NCBI GenBank assembly: GCA_050306135.1
Contig: JBNLGQ010000112.1
Location: forward strand, 67,794-131,793
Direction: 5' to 3'
From: Gammaproteobacteria bacterium
GTDB lineage: Bacteria; Pseudomonadota; Gammaproteobacteria; GCA-001735895
Length of the DNA: 64,000 bases
Positions within the stretch are counted from its first letter, which is position 1. Each line of letters opens with the position of its first letter. Under the pieces are notes generated by a model. It had not been told where the DNA came from. It saw only the letters and a list, made by a program, of their open reading frames with translations, and made no database searches. Shown here piece by piece: positions 16,149 to 27,555 of the stretch. The translations under genes were made by a program, and so were the position numbers.

Positions 16149-19100
16149 ATGAAAAATCTAATCAATGCAGCCTTTTCACGGTCACGTACCGTACTTGCTC
16201 TATTGGTGCTGATTCTGATCAGCGGTAGCATTTCCTATATCACCATTCCAAAAGAGTCAGACCCTGATGTAGCGATTCCCATCATCTATGTTTCGATGAG
16301 TCATGAGGGCATATCACCGGAAGATGCAGAGCGTTTGCTAGTGCGACCTATGGAGAAGGAGCTACAAAGCATAGAAGGCGTGAAGGAAATGCGCTCCAAT
16401 GCAGGTGAAGGCCATGCCTCTGTACTACTGGAATTTGATGCCGGTTTTGATAGTGATCAGGCATTACAGGATGTACGTGAAAAGGTAGATCTGGCAAAAG
16501 GTAAGCTGCCTGCCGACACCGATGATCCAAGCGTCAACGAGGTTAACGTTGCTCTGTTTCCCGTACTAGTGGTAACCCTTGCGGGAAATGTTCCAGAACG
16601 AACTCTGCTCACCCTGTCGCGAGATCTACAGGATAAAATTGAAGGTTTGCGCGAAGTACTGGAAGCAAAGATTGCGGGCGATCGTAAAGAGGTGGTAGAT
16701 ATAGTTGTCGAGTCAAGGGTACTGGATAGCTACGGTATATCGTATGAAGAGTTAATTAACTTTATCTGGCGTAATAATAAGCTAGTAGCGGCTGGTGCAC
16801 TGGATACGGGTAAGGGACGTTTCTCAGTTAAGGTGCCAGGGCTGCTGGAAGGTGCAGTGGATGTACTATCCCTGCCAGTTAAGGTGGTCGAAGACCGGGT
16901 AGTTACCTTCGGTGATGTCGCTACAGTACGTCGTACTTTCAAGGACCCCACCAGTTTCGCACGTGTGAATGGTCGTCCCGCCATCAGTCTGGAGATTACC
17001 AAACGGGTCGGTGAAAACGTTATAGAAACTATCGATAAGGTTCGCGCCATAGTCGCTGAAGAACAGGCTACCTGGCCACAGGGTGTTGAGGTGAGCTTTT
17101 CGCAGGATAAGTCCAAAGATGTGAAGGACATGCTTTCTGATCTTCAGAATAATGTATTAAGTGCTGTGCTGCTAGTAATGGTAGTGATTGTTGCTGTACT
17201 GGGTTTACGGACTGCCGGACTGGTCGGAGTGGCAATCCCGGGCTCCTTTCTAACCGGTATTTTGATCATCAATTCCATGGGCCTGACCATCAACATTGTT
17301 GTGCTGTTCTCACTCATTATGGCGGTTGGCATGTTAATCGACGGTGCCATCGTGGTAACCGAAATGGCGGATCGTAAAATGATTGAAGGCATGCCTCGTG
17401 AGCAGGCTTATGCCTTTGCGGCTAACCGTATGAGCTGGCCAATTACCGCTTCAACAGCCACCACACTAGCTGCATTCATGCCGCTGTTATTCTGGCCTGG
17501 GGTAATCGGTGAGTTCATGAAGTATTTGCCTATCACACTGATCGCCACATTGTCAGCATCACTATTGATGGCCTTGATATTCGTTCCCACACTGGGTGAA
17601 TTGATCGGTAAACGTAGCCCTTTAAGTGATAACACCCTGAAGAGTCTGGCTGCGGCCGAAACTGGTGAGCTACATGAAATAAAAGGATTCACCGGACTTT
17701 ATATACGTATTCTGGAAAATACATTACGTTTCCCTGGTTTAATTCTGTTCGCCTGTTTCGGCTTTCTGATTTTTGTTTACGTGATTTATGGTATTTACGG
17801 CAAAGGGGTAGAGTTCTTTCCAAAGGTAGAACCACCATCGGCCGCTGTTAATGTACTGGCGCGCGGAAACCTGTCTGTGCATGAACAGGATGATTTGGTG
17901 TATGAGGTAGAAAAACGCATTCTTGGTCTGCAAGGAATCAAGACCTTATATAGTCACAGCGGCCTGGGTATAGCCGGTGGTGGGCAGGATGTTCCTCCTG
18001 ATACGATTGGTGTCATCCAGATGGAGTTCGACGACTGGGATAAGCGCGACCCTGCGGATACCATACTGGCCGAAATTCGTCGTCGTACAGCTGATATTGC
18101 TGGTGTACATATTGAGACCCGTAAGCAGGAAGGAGGTCCTCCTGGTGGCAAGCCGGTTCAGTTACAGATTGGCTCGCGTTATCCGCAGCTGCTAGAACCA
18201 GCTGTTATTAAAATCAGAGAGTTAATCGATGAGGCAGACGGTTTTGTAGATGTGGAAGATGATAGACCATTGCCTGGCATCGAATGGCAGATTAGCGTAG
18301 ACCGAACCAAGGCAGCCCGTTTCGGCGCTGATATAACTACCGTCGGCAATGCAATAAAAATGGTCACCAATGGAATCAAGGTGAGTGACTACCGACCCGA
18401 TGATGCCGATGAAGAAGTCGACATTATTGTTCGATTACCTGAAGACCAACGTGATCTTGGAGCACTGGATCGTCTGCGCGTACAGACCAGATACGGTCTG
18501 GTGCCCATCAGCAACTTCGTCACCAGTAAACCTGCTGCCAAACAGGGCACCATCAGTCGGGTAGATGGACAAAGAGTGATGACCGTGAAAGCCGATGTGC
18601 CCGAAGGGATTCTGCCTGCCAACAAGGTAGCTGAGATTCAAAAATGGCTGGATAACAATGCTCAACTCGATTCACGTTTAGATCTTAAGTTCAAGGGAGA
18701 GGATGAAGATCAGCGTGAAGCGGAAGCATTTCTCAGTAAGGCCTTTCTAGTCGCATTATTCATCATGGCGATTATCCTGGTCACTCAGTTCAACAGCTTT
18801 TACCAGGCCTTTCTGATTCTAACCGCAGTCATTTTCTCAACCGTTGGCGTCTTACTAGGCCTGCTCACCACTGGCCAACCATTCGGCATAGTGATGAGCG
18901 GTGTGGGCGTTATTGCACTGGCTGGAATTGTGGTGAATAACAATATCGTTTTGATCGATACCTACAATATATTGAGAGCACAGGGAATGCATGTAAAAGA
19001 GGCAATCTTAAGAACAGCTGCACAACGTCTACGTCCGGTTATGCTTACCACCATTACCACTATTTTAGGTTTGATGCCGATGGTGCTAAAACTCAACATA

Positions 19101-19298
19101 GACCTGATTCACAGAGATATCACGGTAGGTGCACCATCTACTCAATGGTGGGTGCAACTGGCTACCGGAGTCGCGGGTGGTCTAACCTTTGCTACTATTC
19201 TCACACTGGTACTTACCCCCTGTATGTTACTGCTGGGTGATAATACGGCAAAGCGCTGGCTCAATCGAAACAAAGGTAAGCCAATAAATCAGGGTTGA
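16149..19298 (+). CDS. RND family efflux transporter permease (AcrB/CzcA-like)
   Basis: About 1050 aa with 12 TM segments and two large periplasmic loops. ATG start at 16149 right after the adaptor stop (TGAGATG). Confidence 0.85.
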   Translation: MKNLINAAFSRSRTVLALLVLILISGSISYITIPKESDPDVAIPIIYVSMSHEGISPEDAERLLVRPMEKELQSIEGVKEMRSNAGEGHASVLLEFDAGFDSDQALQDVREKVDLAKGKLPADTDDPSVNEVNVALFPVLVVTLAGNVPERTLLTLSRDLQDKIEGLREVLEAKIAGDRKEVVDIVVESRVLDSYGISYEELINFIWRNNKLVAAGALDTGKGRFSVKVPGLLEGAVDVLSLPVKVVEDRVVTFGDVATVRRTFKDPTSFARVNGRPAISLEITKRVGENVIETIDKVRAIVAEEQATWPQGVEVSFSQDKSKDVKDMLSDLQNNVLSAVLLVMVVIVAVLGLRTAGLVGVAIPGSFLTGILIINSMGLTINIVVLFSLIMAVGMLIDGAIVVTEMADRKMIEGMPREQAYAFAANRMSWPITASTATTLAAFMPLLFWPGVIGEFMKYLPITLIATLSASLLMALIFVPTLGELIGKRSPLSDNTLKSLAAAETGELHEIKGFTGLYIRILENTLRFPGLILFACFGFLIFVYVIYGIYGKGVEFFPKVEPPSAAVNVLARGNLSVHEQDDLVYEVEKRILGLQGIKTLYSHSGLGIAGGGQDVPPDTIGVIQMEFDDWDKRDPADTILAEIRRRTADIAGVHIETRKQEGGPPGGKPVQLQIGSRYPQLLEPAVIKIRELIDEADGFVDVEDDRPLPGIEWQISVDRTKAARFGADITTVGNAIKMVTNGIKVSDYRPDDADEEVDIIVRLPEDQRDLGALDRLRVQTRYGLVPISNFVTSKPAAKQGTISRVDGQRVMTVKADVPEGILPANKVAEIQKWLDNNAQLDSRLDLKFKGEDEDQREAEAFLSKAFLVALFIMAIILVTQFNSFYQAFLILTAVIFSTVGVLLGLLTTGQPFGIVMSGVGVIALAGIVVNNNIVLIDTYNILRAQGMHVKEAILRTAAQRLRPVMLTTITTILGLMPMVLKLNIDLIHRDITVGAPSTQWWVQLATGVAGGLTFATILTLVLTPCMLLLGDNTAKRWLNRNKGKPINQG

Positions 19299-19522
19299 GG
19301 GTTAGTGTCAATTCATGGCTATATTGACTATGGACATAGGGAAGCTCTGATTAATTCAGAGCTTTTCCTTGATGATAAGGGTTTTATCTGTCTCTGGCCC
19401 GTTAAATTCAAGCAGCATTACGGTAAGCTATTGGCCCTTAGCAGTGGAAATATATACCTAAAAAATAGTCTCTTTCTGCTAATAACAAATTTGTAACTGA
19501 CCAATATCCGCTGTAGATATGC

Positions 19523-20014
19523 CTAACAGCCCGACGTTGTAGCTGTTATTGTCACCTTTCCGCCACCATGAAAAGCATCTACATATGCTACCGAACAGTT
19601 AGCAGGATCTGCCGCACTTTCAACCTCAAACAGGGTAGTACTATTTGATATCTCGGTGATTCTATAACCCGACGTGATAACCAAACTATCAATTTGTAAT
19701 CCAAATACAGTATTGCCCGCATCAGGCCATCCATAATTGAATCGATAGATGTTACCGTCATCCATGGTAAAGAGTGCTGTTGATGCACTTTCATCACAAG
19801 CAGGCGAAACGATACACGAAACATGAGCTATCTCAGCAGTAGAGCGAAGTTCACCAGCTAGAGCCTGAACTGTTGCCGCTCTCGCATTAGAGCCTAGTGA
19901 TACAAATTTACCCAGTGCTGTTGCAGATAAGATACCTAACAGGACAATAACCACTACCAGCTCAATAAGAGTAAAACCAGATGTTTTTTTCAAAACTGTA
20001 ACCTTAATTATCAA
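19523..20014 (-). CDS. type IV pilin / pseudopilin (prepilin N-terminal methylation motif)
   Basis: Leader KKTSG|FTLIELVVVIVLLGILSA, matching the G|FTLIE prepilin peptidase site. C-terminal Cys pair. Confidence 0.75.
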   Translation of the reverse strand: MIIKVTVLKKTSGFTLIELVVVIVLLGILSATALGKFVSLGSNARAATVQALAGELRSTAEIAHVSCIVSPACDESASTALFTMDDGNIYRFNYGWPDAGNTVFGLQIDSLVITSGYRITEISNSTTLFEVESAADPANCSVAYVDAFHGGGKVTITATTSGC

Positions 20015-20208
20015 AATCTTCCTGTCGAGACTTGTTTTATCAAAATCAGGAATATGAAATGCCTAAAACATTGAATACATATATGCATCAAATATAGCTT
20101 AAAGGGCTAAAGTATCCACTAATACATTAGCGCCATTGAATATGGACTTAGATGGTATTAACGGGATTATGACCGATGATAGATTGAAACCTTGGGTGAC
20201 ATAAATCT

Positions 20209-21219
20209 CTAACCCGCTTTTAAGCTATGATCCGTACTTAAATCGGGTATGTAACGACTGATGGAATAAGGTTGCAGGAAACCAAAAATTAAACTACGAG
20301 TTTTATACCAGTAGGTGCCAAAAAAGATCACGAAAAGGCCCAGCCCTATCAGGATGTACATCAATACATTTTGAGTACTACTAATATGGCTCTGCAACAA
20401 CTGGGTTAAGGCATAGATTACATAGATCTGGGTTGAAATCAGTATCGCTCTTCGATCCAGAAATAATGCGATAAGAAAGAATGCGGCGAAGAATATAATC
20501 ATGATGACTTCTTTATTGATCGACTGTAACCAGGCTGGATTATTGATCAAAAGTGTCACCATCGTCCCATGAACAATAAGTGGTGCAGCCAATAGATGTA
20601 ACCAGAAAGCACTGTCACTTAGATGTGACTTTCTGGCGGTATCCTGAATATCAAAGCCCATTGCAATAGTGAATACAATCAGTCCGAGCAGGATAAACAC
20701 CCATGGTTTTTCTAATAAATCCATGCCTAGTTGCAACATAATAATGGCCAATATCCCGGCAACCAGTGGCAGCAGACTAAATGGCATGCGATAGCGCAGA
20801 TAGTACAAAAGACTGGTCACCGATAATACGGCAAGGCTGAGAGTTGTTGCCTCGTTGTGATTAAACGCTACGGCTTTATTGACGAAATAAAGAATGGCTA
20901 TAAGAATCGCCATGCCGGGTAACACTAGCTTTCTGACTCTTACCAGCCACTCAGCTAGAACCACAAATCCTGCTGCAGGTATCAGATAATAATAACCACT
21001 GATATTGATTTGATGGCTGGCGAGAACCAGTAGCACTATACCCAGCGTTATAAAGATATCTCCAAAACTACGAATAAACTTTAACGGCTCTTCTCGTGAT
21101 TCAACAGCAGCAGAAATTTCCTGCTCATCCTTTTTTAAGAATTCATACAGTGGTTCAAGCTGTTGTTGCTGTATGAGATTGTGTTCAACAGCCTGCTGTA
21201 ACTTTTCACGCGATATCAT
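20209..21219 (-). CDS. polytopic inner-membrane protein of unknown function
   Basis: 336 aa. Soluble N-terminal Q/E-rich segment followed by about 8 predicted TM helices. No diagnostic motif. Confidence 0.45.
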   Translation of the reverse strand: MISREKLQQAVEHNLIQQQQLEPLYEFLKKDEQEISAAVESREEPLKFIRSFGDIFITLGIVLLVLASHQINISGYYYLIPAAGFVVLAEWLVRVRKLVLPGMAILIAILYFVNKAVAFNHNEATTLSLAVLSVTSLLYYLRYRMPFSLLPLVAGILAIIMLQLGMDLLEKPWVFILLGLIVFTIAMGFDIQDTARKSHLSDSAFWLHLLAAPLIVHGTMVTLLINNPAWLQSINKEVIMIIFFAAFFLIALFLDRRAILISTQIYVIYALTQLLQSHISSTQNVLMYILIGLGLFVIFFGTYWYKTRSLIFGFLQPYSISRYIPDLSTDHSLKAG

Positions 21220-21264
21220 GTTTGATGAGAGGATTTATTGAGTTAGTAGCAGGATAGTAATCGA

Positions 21265-21960
21265 TCAAAGCGCTTTAAAGAACCTCTCTGTTCGGGGAAG
21301 ATAATAATTATCGTAGTTTAATGACATCACCACTTCGCTCGAACGACCTACTATTTCTGCTCTGGGCACCAGGCCGATGACTCGCGAATCAGCGCTGTTG
21401 TCCCGGTTATCTCCCAATACCAGATAATAGTTTTCAGGGACTTGAATGGGGCTAAAGCTGCTGTATTGAGGGTTTGCATTTAAATGGACTCGAATGTCGT
21501 GATAAACACCAGTTAGATTTTCCTCGGCATCGATTATGTCCGGATGGCTTTGTTTGATGTGGTAAGGAAGCTGTTTTCCATTAATGGTTAAACGGTTGCT
21601 CAACATGCTGACGCTGTCACCGGGTATTCCAATGACGCGTTTGACCAGACGCTTGTCAGAGACTTTCGAATCAAAAATGATAACATCGCCACGTTCGGGA
21701 TTACCCAGTTCTAGCAGGGAGATATGCGTGAATGGTAGCCGAATATCATAGGCCATCTTGTTCACCAGTATACGATCACCTTCAAGAATAGTGGGTTTCA
21801 TCGATCCAGTGGGTACATTATTCCAGTCAGCGACTACGCTACGAAATACAAACATCAACAGCATAAATACGATAAAAGAACGATTATCACGTATGATTTT
21901 TTTGACAGATTGTTGCATCCTGATCCCTTCAAATAATAATTGAGCCTCTTTTGAAGACAA
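21265..21960 (-). CDS. lepB: signal peptidase I
   Basis: Catalytic Ser box TGSMKPT, Lys box KRVIG, and the C-terminal GDNRDNSADSR box. Confidence 0.85.
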   Translation of the reverse strand: MSSKEAQLLFEGIRMQQSVKKIIRDNRSFIVFMLLMFVFRSVVADWNNVPTGSMKPTILEGDRILVNKMAYDIRLPFTHISLLELGNPERGDVIIFDSKVSDKRLVKRVIGIPGDSVSMLSNRLTINGKQLPYHIKQSHPDIIDAEENLTGVYHDIRVHLNANPQYSSFSPIQVPENYYLVLGDNRDNSADSRVIGLVPRAEIVGRSSEVVMSLNYDNYYLPRTERFFKAL

Positions 21961-21961
21961 A

Positions 21962-21996
21962 AAAAAGCCGGAAAGATTCCGGCTTTAATTTTAATG
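21962..21996 (-). terminator. rho-independent terminator downstream of acnB
   Basis: On the minus strand, gccggaatctttccggc hairpin followed by TTTTTTTT. Confidence 0.75.
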
Positions 21997-22008
21997 CTTG
22001 TTGATGAT

Positions 22009-24615
22009 TTAGAAATTCATCTCTACAGCAACAGTTTTACCGCGTTCTGCAGAGGCAATAAAATCAGGCAGCTTATCAAAATTCAGATACTTGTAGATAT
22101 CGGCTGACATGCTGTTAATTTGACTTGCGTACTGCATATATTCTTCAACCGTTGGTAATTTGCCAAGAATAGAAGCAATTGCAGCGAGTTCAGCGGACGC
22201 CAGATAAACATCAGCGCCTTGCCCTAAACGATTGGGAAAGTTACGTGTTGAAGTTGAAACCGCAGTTGAACCTGCAGCGATACGAGCCTGATTCCCCATA
22301 CATAATGAACAGCCTGGCATTTCGGTACGCGCTCCAGAAGAGGCAAAAATATTGTAGATACCCTCATCCATCAGCTGCTTTTCATCCATCTTGGTGGGCG
22401 GTGCAATCCATAAACGCGTTGGAATCACGCCACCGGAGGCTTCCAGTAATTTGGCAGCCGCACGGAAATGGCCGATATTGGTCATACAGGAACCGATGAA
22501 TACTTCGTCAATTTTAGCTCCGGCGATTTCAGATAATGGTTTTACATCGTCAGGATCATTCGGACAGGCCAGTAGAGGTTCTTTGATTTCTGACATATTG
22601 ATTTCGATGACTTCAGCATATTCTGCATCAGCATCTGCACGCATCAGGGTTGGGTTTTCAAGCCAGTCTTCCATCGCGCGCGCACGACGTTCCAGGGTAC
22701 GTGCATCGTCATAGCCATTGTCGATCATCCAGCGCAGCATAACGATATTCGAACGCAGGTATTCAGCGACTGATTCTTCTGATAATTCAATAGTACAACC
22801 ACCTGCTGAACGTTCGGCAGAAGCATCGGAAAGTTCAAACGCCTGTTCTACGGTTAAATCCGCTGGCAGACCCTGAATCTCAAGGATACGACCGTTATAA
22901 ACATTCTTTTTGCCTTTCTTTTCAACGGTCAGTAAACCACTCTTAATGGCTTCGTAAGGAATCGCATTAACCAGATCACGCAGCGTAATCCCTGGCTGCA
23001 TTTCACCACTAAATTTGACCAGTACTGATTCAGGCATATCCAGAGGAATAACACCTAGCGCAGCACCAAAAGCCACCAGTCCGGAACCTGCAGGGAAGGA
23101 GATACCCAGAGGGAAGCGGGTGTGAGAATCACCACCGGTACCAACCTGATCGGGTAACAGCATGCGGTTCAACCAGGAATGGATGATACCGTCACCGGGA
23201 CGAAGTGATACACCACCACGAGTCTCGATAAAATCTGGCAAAGTGTGTTGTGTATTGATATCAACAGGCTTGGGGTAAGCGGCAGTATGACAGAATGACT
23301 GCATAACCAGATCAGCTGAGAATCCCAGGCAGGCCAGTTCTTTAAGCTCATCACGAGTCATTGGGCCAGTGGTATCCTGTGAACCCACAGTACTCATACG
23401 TGGCTCGCAGTAGGTACCAGCGCGAACACCTTCAACGCCACAGGCCTTGCCGACCATTTTCTGTGCCAGGGTATAGCCCTTGCCACTGTCAGCAGGATCA
23501 ACTGGGCGGCGGAAGACATCACTTGCTCCCAGACCCAGTTCTTCGCGTGCTTTTTCTGTTAACGAGCGGCCAATGATCAATGGTATGCGACCACCCGCCT
23601 GAACTTCATCCAGAATGACATCGGTTTTCAGTTCAAATTCTGAGATCACTTCACCGGCTTCGTTATACACCTTGCCTTCATAAGGCTTAAGGGTAATAAC
23701 ATCGCCCATATTCATTTTATCTACCGGACATTCAATAGGTAGAGCACCGGAGTCTTCCACGGTGTTAAAGAAGATCGGTGCGATCTTGCTACCCAGAACC
23801 ACACCGCCCTGACGCTTGTTAGGAACATAAGGAATGTCATGACCCATGAACCAGAGTACAGAGTTGGTAGCTGATTTACGTGAAGAACCGGTACCAACTA
23901 CGTCACCCACATAGGCTAGCGGCAGGCCCTGTTGCTCCATTGATTCAATCAGTTTGATGGGGCCAACCTTGCCAGCATCATCCGGTTCAATGCCATCGCG
24001 CGCATTCTTTAACATAGCCAGTGCATGTAATGGAATATCAGGACGAGACCAGGCATCCTGTGCTGGTGACAGATCATCGGTATTGGTTTCACCGGTGACC
24101 TTGAATACACGAAGTTTGATTTCTTCAGCGACCTTATCTTTACGGGTAAACCATTCGGCATCCGCCCAGGACTGTAAAACTGCCTTAGCGTTAGCATTGC
24201 CCGCTTTGGCTTTTTCAGCGACATCGTGGAAGGCATCGAACATTAATAAGGTGAATTTAAGCTGTTCTGCTGCCAGTTCACCCAGCTCAGCATCGTCCAG
24301 TAACTCGATCATGGAAACGATATTGTAACCACCCATCATAGTACCGAGTAACTCGACAGCCTGTGATGAACTGATTAGTGGAGATTGAGCCTCACCTTTG
24401 GCTAGCGCAGACAGGAAACCTGCTTTTACATAAGCCGCTTCATCTACACCAGGTGGAACACGATTAGTGAGTAAGTCGACTAGTGCCTCTTCTTCACCTG
24501 CTGGTGGGTTTTTTAATAACTCAACCAGGTCAGCGACCTGTTCAGCATTCAATGGTAAAGGGGGAATACCTTGTTGGGCGCGTTCTTCGACGTGTTGACG
24601 ATAGGCTTCGAGCAT
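22009..24615 (-). CDS. acnB: aconitate hydratase B (bifunctional aconitase / 2-methylisocitrate dehydratase)
   Basis: 868 aa. N-terminus [43 protein letters not shown] is near-identical to enterobacterial AcnB. Confidence 0.95.
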   Translation of the reverse strand: MLEAYRQHVEERAQQGIPPLPLNAEQVADLVELLKNPPAGEEEALVDLLTNRVPPGVDEAAYVKAGFLSALAKGEAQSPLISSSQAVELLGTMMGGYNIVSMIELLDDAELGELAAEQLKFTLLMFDAFHDVAEKAKAGNANAKAVLQSWADAEWFTRKDKVAEEIKLRVFKVTGETNTDDLSPAQDAWSRPDIPLHALAMLKNARDGIEPDDAGKVGPIKLIESMEQQGLPLAYVGDVVGTGSSRKSATNSVLWFMGHDIPYVPNKRQGGVVLGSKIAPIFFNTVEDSGALPIECPVDKMNMGDVITLKPYEGKVYNEAGEVISEFELKTDVILDEVQAGGRIPLIIGRSLTEKAREELGLGASDVFRRPVDPADSGKGYTLAQKMVGKACGVEGVRAGTYCEPRMSTVGSQDTTGPMTRDELKELACLGFSADLVMQSFCHTAAYPKPVDINTQHTLPDFIETRGGVSLRPGDGIIHSWLNRMLLPDQVGTGGDSHTRFPLGISFPAGSGLVAFGAALGVIPLDMPESVLVKFSGEMQPGITLRDLVNAIPYEAIKSGLLTVEKKGKKNVYNGRILEIQGLPADLTVEQAFELSDASAERSAGGCTIELSEESVAEYLRSNIVMLRWMIDNGYDDARTLERRARAMEDWLENPTLMRADADAEYAEVIEINMSEIKEPLLACPNDPDDVKPLSEIAGAKIDEVFIGSCMTNIGHFRAAAKLLEASGGVIPTRLWIAPPTKMDEKQLMDEGIYNIFASSGARTEMPGCSLCMGNQARIAAGSTAVSTSTRNFPNRLGQGADVYLASAELAAIASILGKLPTVEEYMQYASQINSMSADIYKYLNFDKLPDFIASAERGKTVAVEMNF

Positions 24616-24840
24616 GGAGAACCTCTTGTTAGATGTTTGCTAGCGCTATGGTTAGCGCATATAGTTAATTTAAAATGGCGTTGCAATATAGCGAAATGCC
24701 GGATTAAACACAATTTTGACAACCTGGGCAGATCGGAATTACCGGACCACCCAGTTTAATGAATTCATATCCAGTGAATAACTCATCTGCATCAATGCAG
24801 TCTATTGAGTTCTTCAGGGGTTAACGTCTTCCGTTACGGC

Positions 24841-25785
24841 TTAGCTGGCGTTAGCAACCTTTTTATTACAGGTTTCGTCAAACAAATCATTGGACAGTAT
24901 TTCAAGAAATCCACGTGCCTGAGGCGTGAGGAATTTTCCCTTGCGGATAACTGCGCCATAGACTTGCTTGGGGAAGTATTTGGCCAACGAAATCGCTTTA
25001 AGATTTTCCTTACCAGTTAAGGACAGGCAGCTAACGATAGAAACACCCATACCTTCTTCGACGTAGGTTTTGATGACTTCCCAACCACCAACTTCCATCG
25101 ATACCTTATAGGGAACATTATTTTCGTTAAAAATCTTGTCTACCTTACGCCAGGTGGATAACTCACGAGGTGGCAATATCAATCCATAAGGGGAGATATC
25201 TTTAAGAGTGACCTCCTTTTTACTGGCTAGCGGGTGGTCAATCGGTGTAATCAGCACCGGCTCAAATTCATGTAAGGGTTCAAACACCATATCGTCACTG
25301 TTGTCAGCCATGGTGCCTACCGCGAAATCAACGGTATCGCTCTTTAGTAATGCACGACCTTCCTTACCGGTATTGTTAGATAATTTAACATGGATACTGG
25401 GGTATTCTTCTCTGAATTTACTGATGTATTTGGGTAGTAGATACATACAGGCAGTTTGTCCTGCAGTAATATGTAGTTCTCCTGACTCCATACGTCCGGC
25501 TAAACTATTAAAATTTTGTGATAGATTATCGATACCGCCAATTAAAGGCTTGGACAGTTCGTAAAGTATCTGTCCATCTGGCGTGAGGTTGATGACGGGT
25601 CCTCGGCGTTCAAATACCTGAACACAGAGCTCTCGTTCCAGTGCACGTATCTGTAGAGATACAGTTGGCTGAGAAAGGAATAATTCTTCACCGGCTTTTG
25701 AGATGCTTTTTGTTTCAACGGCTTTACAGAATGCACGTAGCTGTTTCAGGCGATTCTGCTTATAACAGGGTGGTGAAATGCTCAT
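24841..25785 (-). CDS. LysR family transcriptional regulator
   Basis: 314 aa. N-terminal HTH (LRAFCKAVETKSISKAGEELFLSQPTVSLQIRALE) plus a periplasmic-binding-protein-like effector domain. Confidence 0.8.
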   Translation of the reverse strand: MSISPPCYKQNRLKQLRAFCKAVETKSISKAGEELFLSQPTVSLQIRALERELCVQVFERRGPVINLTPDGQILYELSKPLIGGIDNLSQNFNSLAGRMESGELHITAGQTACMYLLPKYISKFREEYPSIHVKLSNNTGKEGRALLKSDTVDFAVGTMADNSDDMVFEPLHEFEPVLITPIDHPLASKKEVTLKDISPYGLILPPRELSTWRKVDKIFNENNVPYKVSMEVGGWEVIKTYVEEGMGVSIVSCLSLTGKENLKAISLAKYFPKQVYGAVIRKGKFLTPQARGFLEILSNDLFDETCNKKVANAS

Positions 25786-26035
25786 CTTTAATGCCTCGTA
25801 TGAGTGATTATTAAATTTATTTTTATTATTAAGATGCTGATATATATCATATTAGCTTGATATTAAATACTTAGTATTTAGTATAACTATATTTGATTTT
25901 TTACTTTTGGATCCTTTGTATCTAGTCGACAGCCTCGTCATGGACGAGGCCATCTGGTGTAAAAAGGCGCCTCAGATATTGAGACGCAACGGACATTGAG
26001 GAGTGTCAAATGTCGAGATTCTTTTACTTTCTGCC

Positions 26036-26782
26036 TTAAGCAGACATAAACATACCGCCGTTAACCGGGATATTGGCACCGGTGGTATAGGCATTTTGAG
26101 CATCGGCCAACCAGGCTACAGTATTCGCGATTTCTTCAGGCTTACCCATACGTCCCACAGGAACCGCGTTGACGATAGATTGAAGCACTTCTTCGGGCAT
26201 AGCACTGGTCATAGCAGTTTCGATATATCCAGGAGAAACGGTATTTACTGTTACACCTTTTGATGCAGTTTCCTGAGCAACTGACATGGTAAAACCGTGT
26301 AAACCCGCTTTCGCTGCAGAGTAGTTAGCCTGGCCGAATTGACCTTTCTGACCATTCACTGAAGAAATATTAACGATACGACCGAAACCACGCTCAGTCA
26401 TGCCGGTTACCACATGTTGGGTAACATTGAATGCACTGTTCAGGTTGGTGTTGATGACAGCAGTCCACTGATCAGGTGTCATACGCTTCAAGGTTTTGTC
26501 GCGAGTGATGCCGGCACAGTTAACCAGTACATCGATAGGTCCAATACTGGATTCGATAGACTTAACCATTTCGCCGCATTCTTCATAGCTAGTCACATCA
26601 GCAGGGGCAATATGAACATCAGCATTTCTGCTTTGCATATCGGCTAACCAGCTTTCTGCTGCTTCTTTATCAGCAGGGAAGTAGTTGGCAACAACACTAT
26701 GACCGCTGGAAGCCAGGGCTTCACAGATTGCTGTTCCGATTCCGCCGGTACCGCCAGTGACTAATGCTACTTTCTTGGACAT
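26036..26782 (-). CDS. phaB: acetoacetyl-CoA reductase (PhaB paralogue 2)
   Basis: 248 aa SDR. VTGGTGGIGTAIC and NYSAAKAGLHGFT. About 60% identical by eye to Cupriavidus PhbB. Confidence 0.8.
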   Translation of the reverse strand: MSKKVALVTGGTGGIGTAICEALASSGHSVVANYFPADKEAAESWLADMQSRNADVHIAPADVTSYEECGEMVKSIESSIGPIDVLVNCAGITRDKTLKRMTPDQWTAVINTNLNSAFNVTQHVVTGMTERGFGRIVNISSVNGQKGQFGQANYSAAKAGLHGFTMSVAQETASKGVTVNTVSPGYIETAMTSAMPEEVLQSIVNAVPVGRMGKPEEIANTVAWLADAQNAYTTGANIPVNGGMFMSA

Positions 26783-26960
26783 ATAAACCTCATTAATTCT
26801 TTATATTATTTGTTTCAAAGATGCGTTGAATTTTGATGATCTAAATTTCAGCGCAGTAAAAATTCTTGTGTTTCAACATCTATAATGATGTCCGGTTGAA
26901 TCTGACGGCACAGGTAAACCACTCTGTGCCGTCAGCAGATCTGATTAAATCAGTCTGTAA

Positions 26961-27359
26961 TTAAGCAGCTTTTTTGGCTGTTTTCTTAACAACTTCTACG
27001 CCTGAATCGAAAGCTTTAGTGGCATATTCGCTGTTCAGCTTAACTGCATCATCGATAGCAACTTTCAGTTCGTCGCGAGATTTAACTGCGTCAGCAGCTG
27101 ATTCTTTAACAAAACCAGTTACGCTGTCAGAAACAGTTTGCATCAGAGCACTAGAGGCCTGCATTGCATCAACTGGAGATTTTGCAGAAGAGATTTCTTT
27201 ACTGGTAGCAAGAGCTGCTTCAACGATTGTGTTAGTCAGTTCAACTTGCTTGTTGATGAAAGATTGAGCAGTTGCAACGTTCAGGTCACCAAAAGCACGC
27301 ATAGCTTCCATCGCTTTAGTGTTGTATTCGTAAAATAATTCAACGGTAGGGTTAGACAT
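26961..27359 (-). CDS. phaP: phasin family PHA granule protein
   Basis: Start set at MSNPTVELF (GGAGA RBS 7 nt upstream). Ala/Lys-rich amphipathic helices. Located next to phaR with PhaR-type operator repeats upstream. Confidence 0.65.
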   Translation of the reverse strand: MSNPTVELFYEYNTKAMEAMRAFGDLNVATAQSFINKQVELTNTIVEAALATSKEISSAKSPVDAMQASSALMQTVSDSVTGFVKESAADAVKSRDELKVAIDDAVKLNSEYATKAFDSGVEVVKKTAKKAA

Positions 27360-27409
27360 GGTATATCTCCGAGCTTGGGTTAAATAAGTAAATTTAAAAT
27401 TCTGTTTTG

Positions 27410-27436
27410 TGCACTGCACAATGTTGCACTGCACAA
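27410..27436. promoter_or_regulatory. tandem direct repeat TGCACTGCACAA x2 (15 bp period) upstream of the phasin gene; candidate PhaR operator
   Basis: Copies at 27410-27421 and 27425-27436, 50-75 bp upstream of the phasin start. PhaR is known to bind TGC-rich repeats in Paracoccus and Cupriavidus. Confidence 0.5.
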
Positions 27437-27555
27437 ATAATATGTCTGGACAGAAATTTGTCAAGCGGGAAATGAAATATATTTTTTAATATAAAAAGAT
27501 ATTTATATTATATCCTGATAAATCAATAACTTAATTTATTTTCTGAGGATGAGAT

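Noticed and set aside
25786-26035. Perfect palindrome gcctcgtc-catgg-acgaggc (25931-25949) downstream of phaB2, considered as a terminator
   Set aside because: No T-tract follows on the minus strand. It may be a weak or rho-dependent signal or a protein-binding site. Not called.
26897-26930. 12-bp stem hairpin ctgacggcacag...ctgtgccgtcag downstream of the phasin gene
   Set aside because: It lacks a U-tract, so it is ambiguous as a terminator. Noted only.
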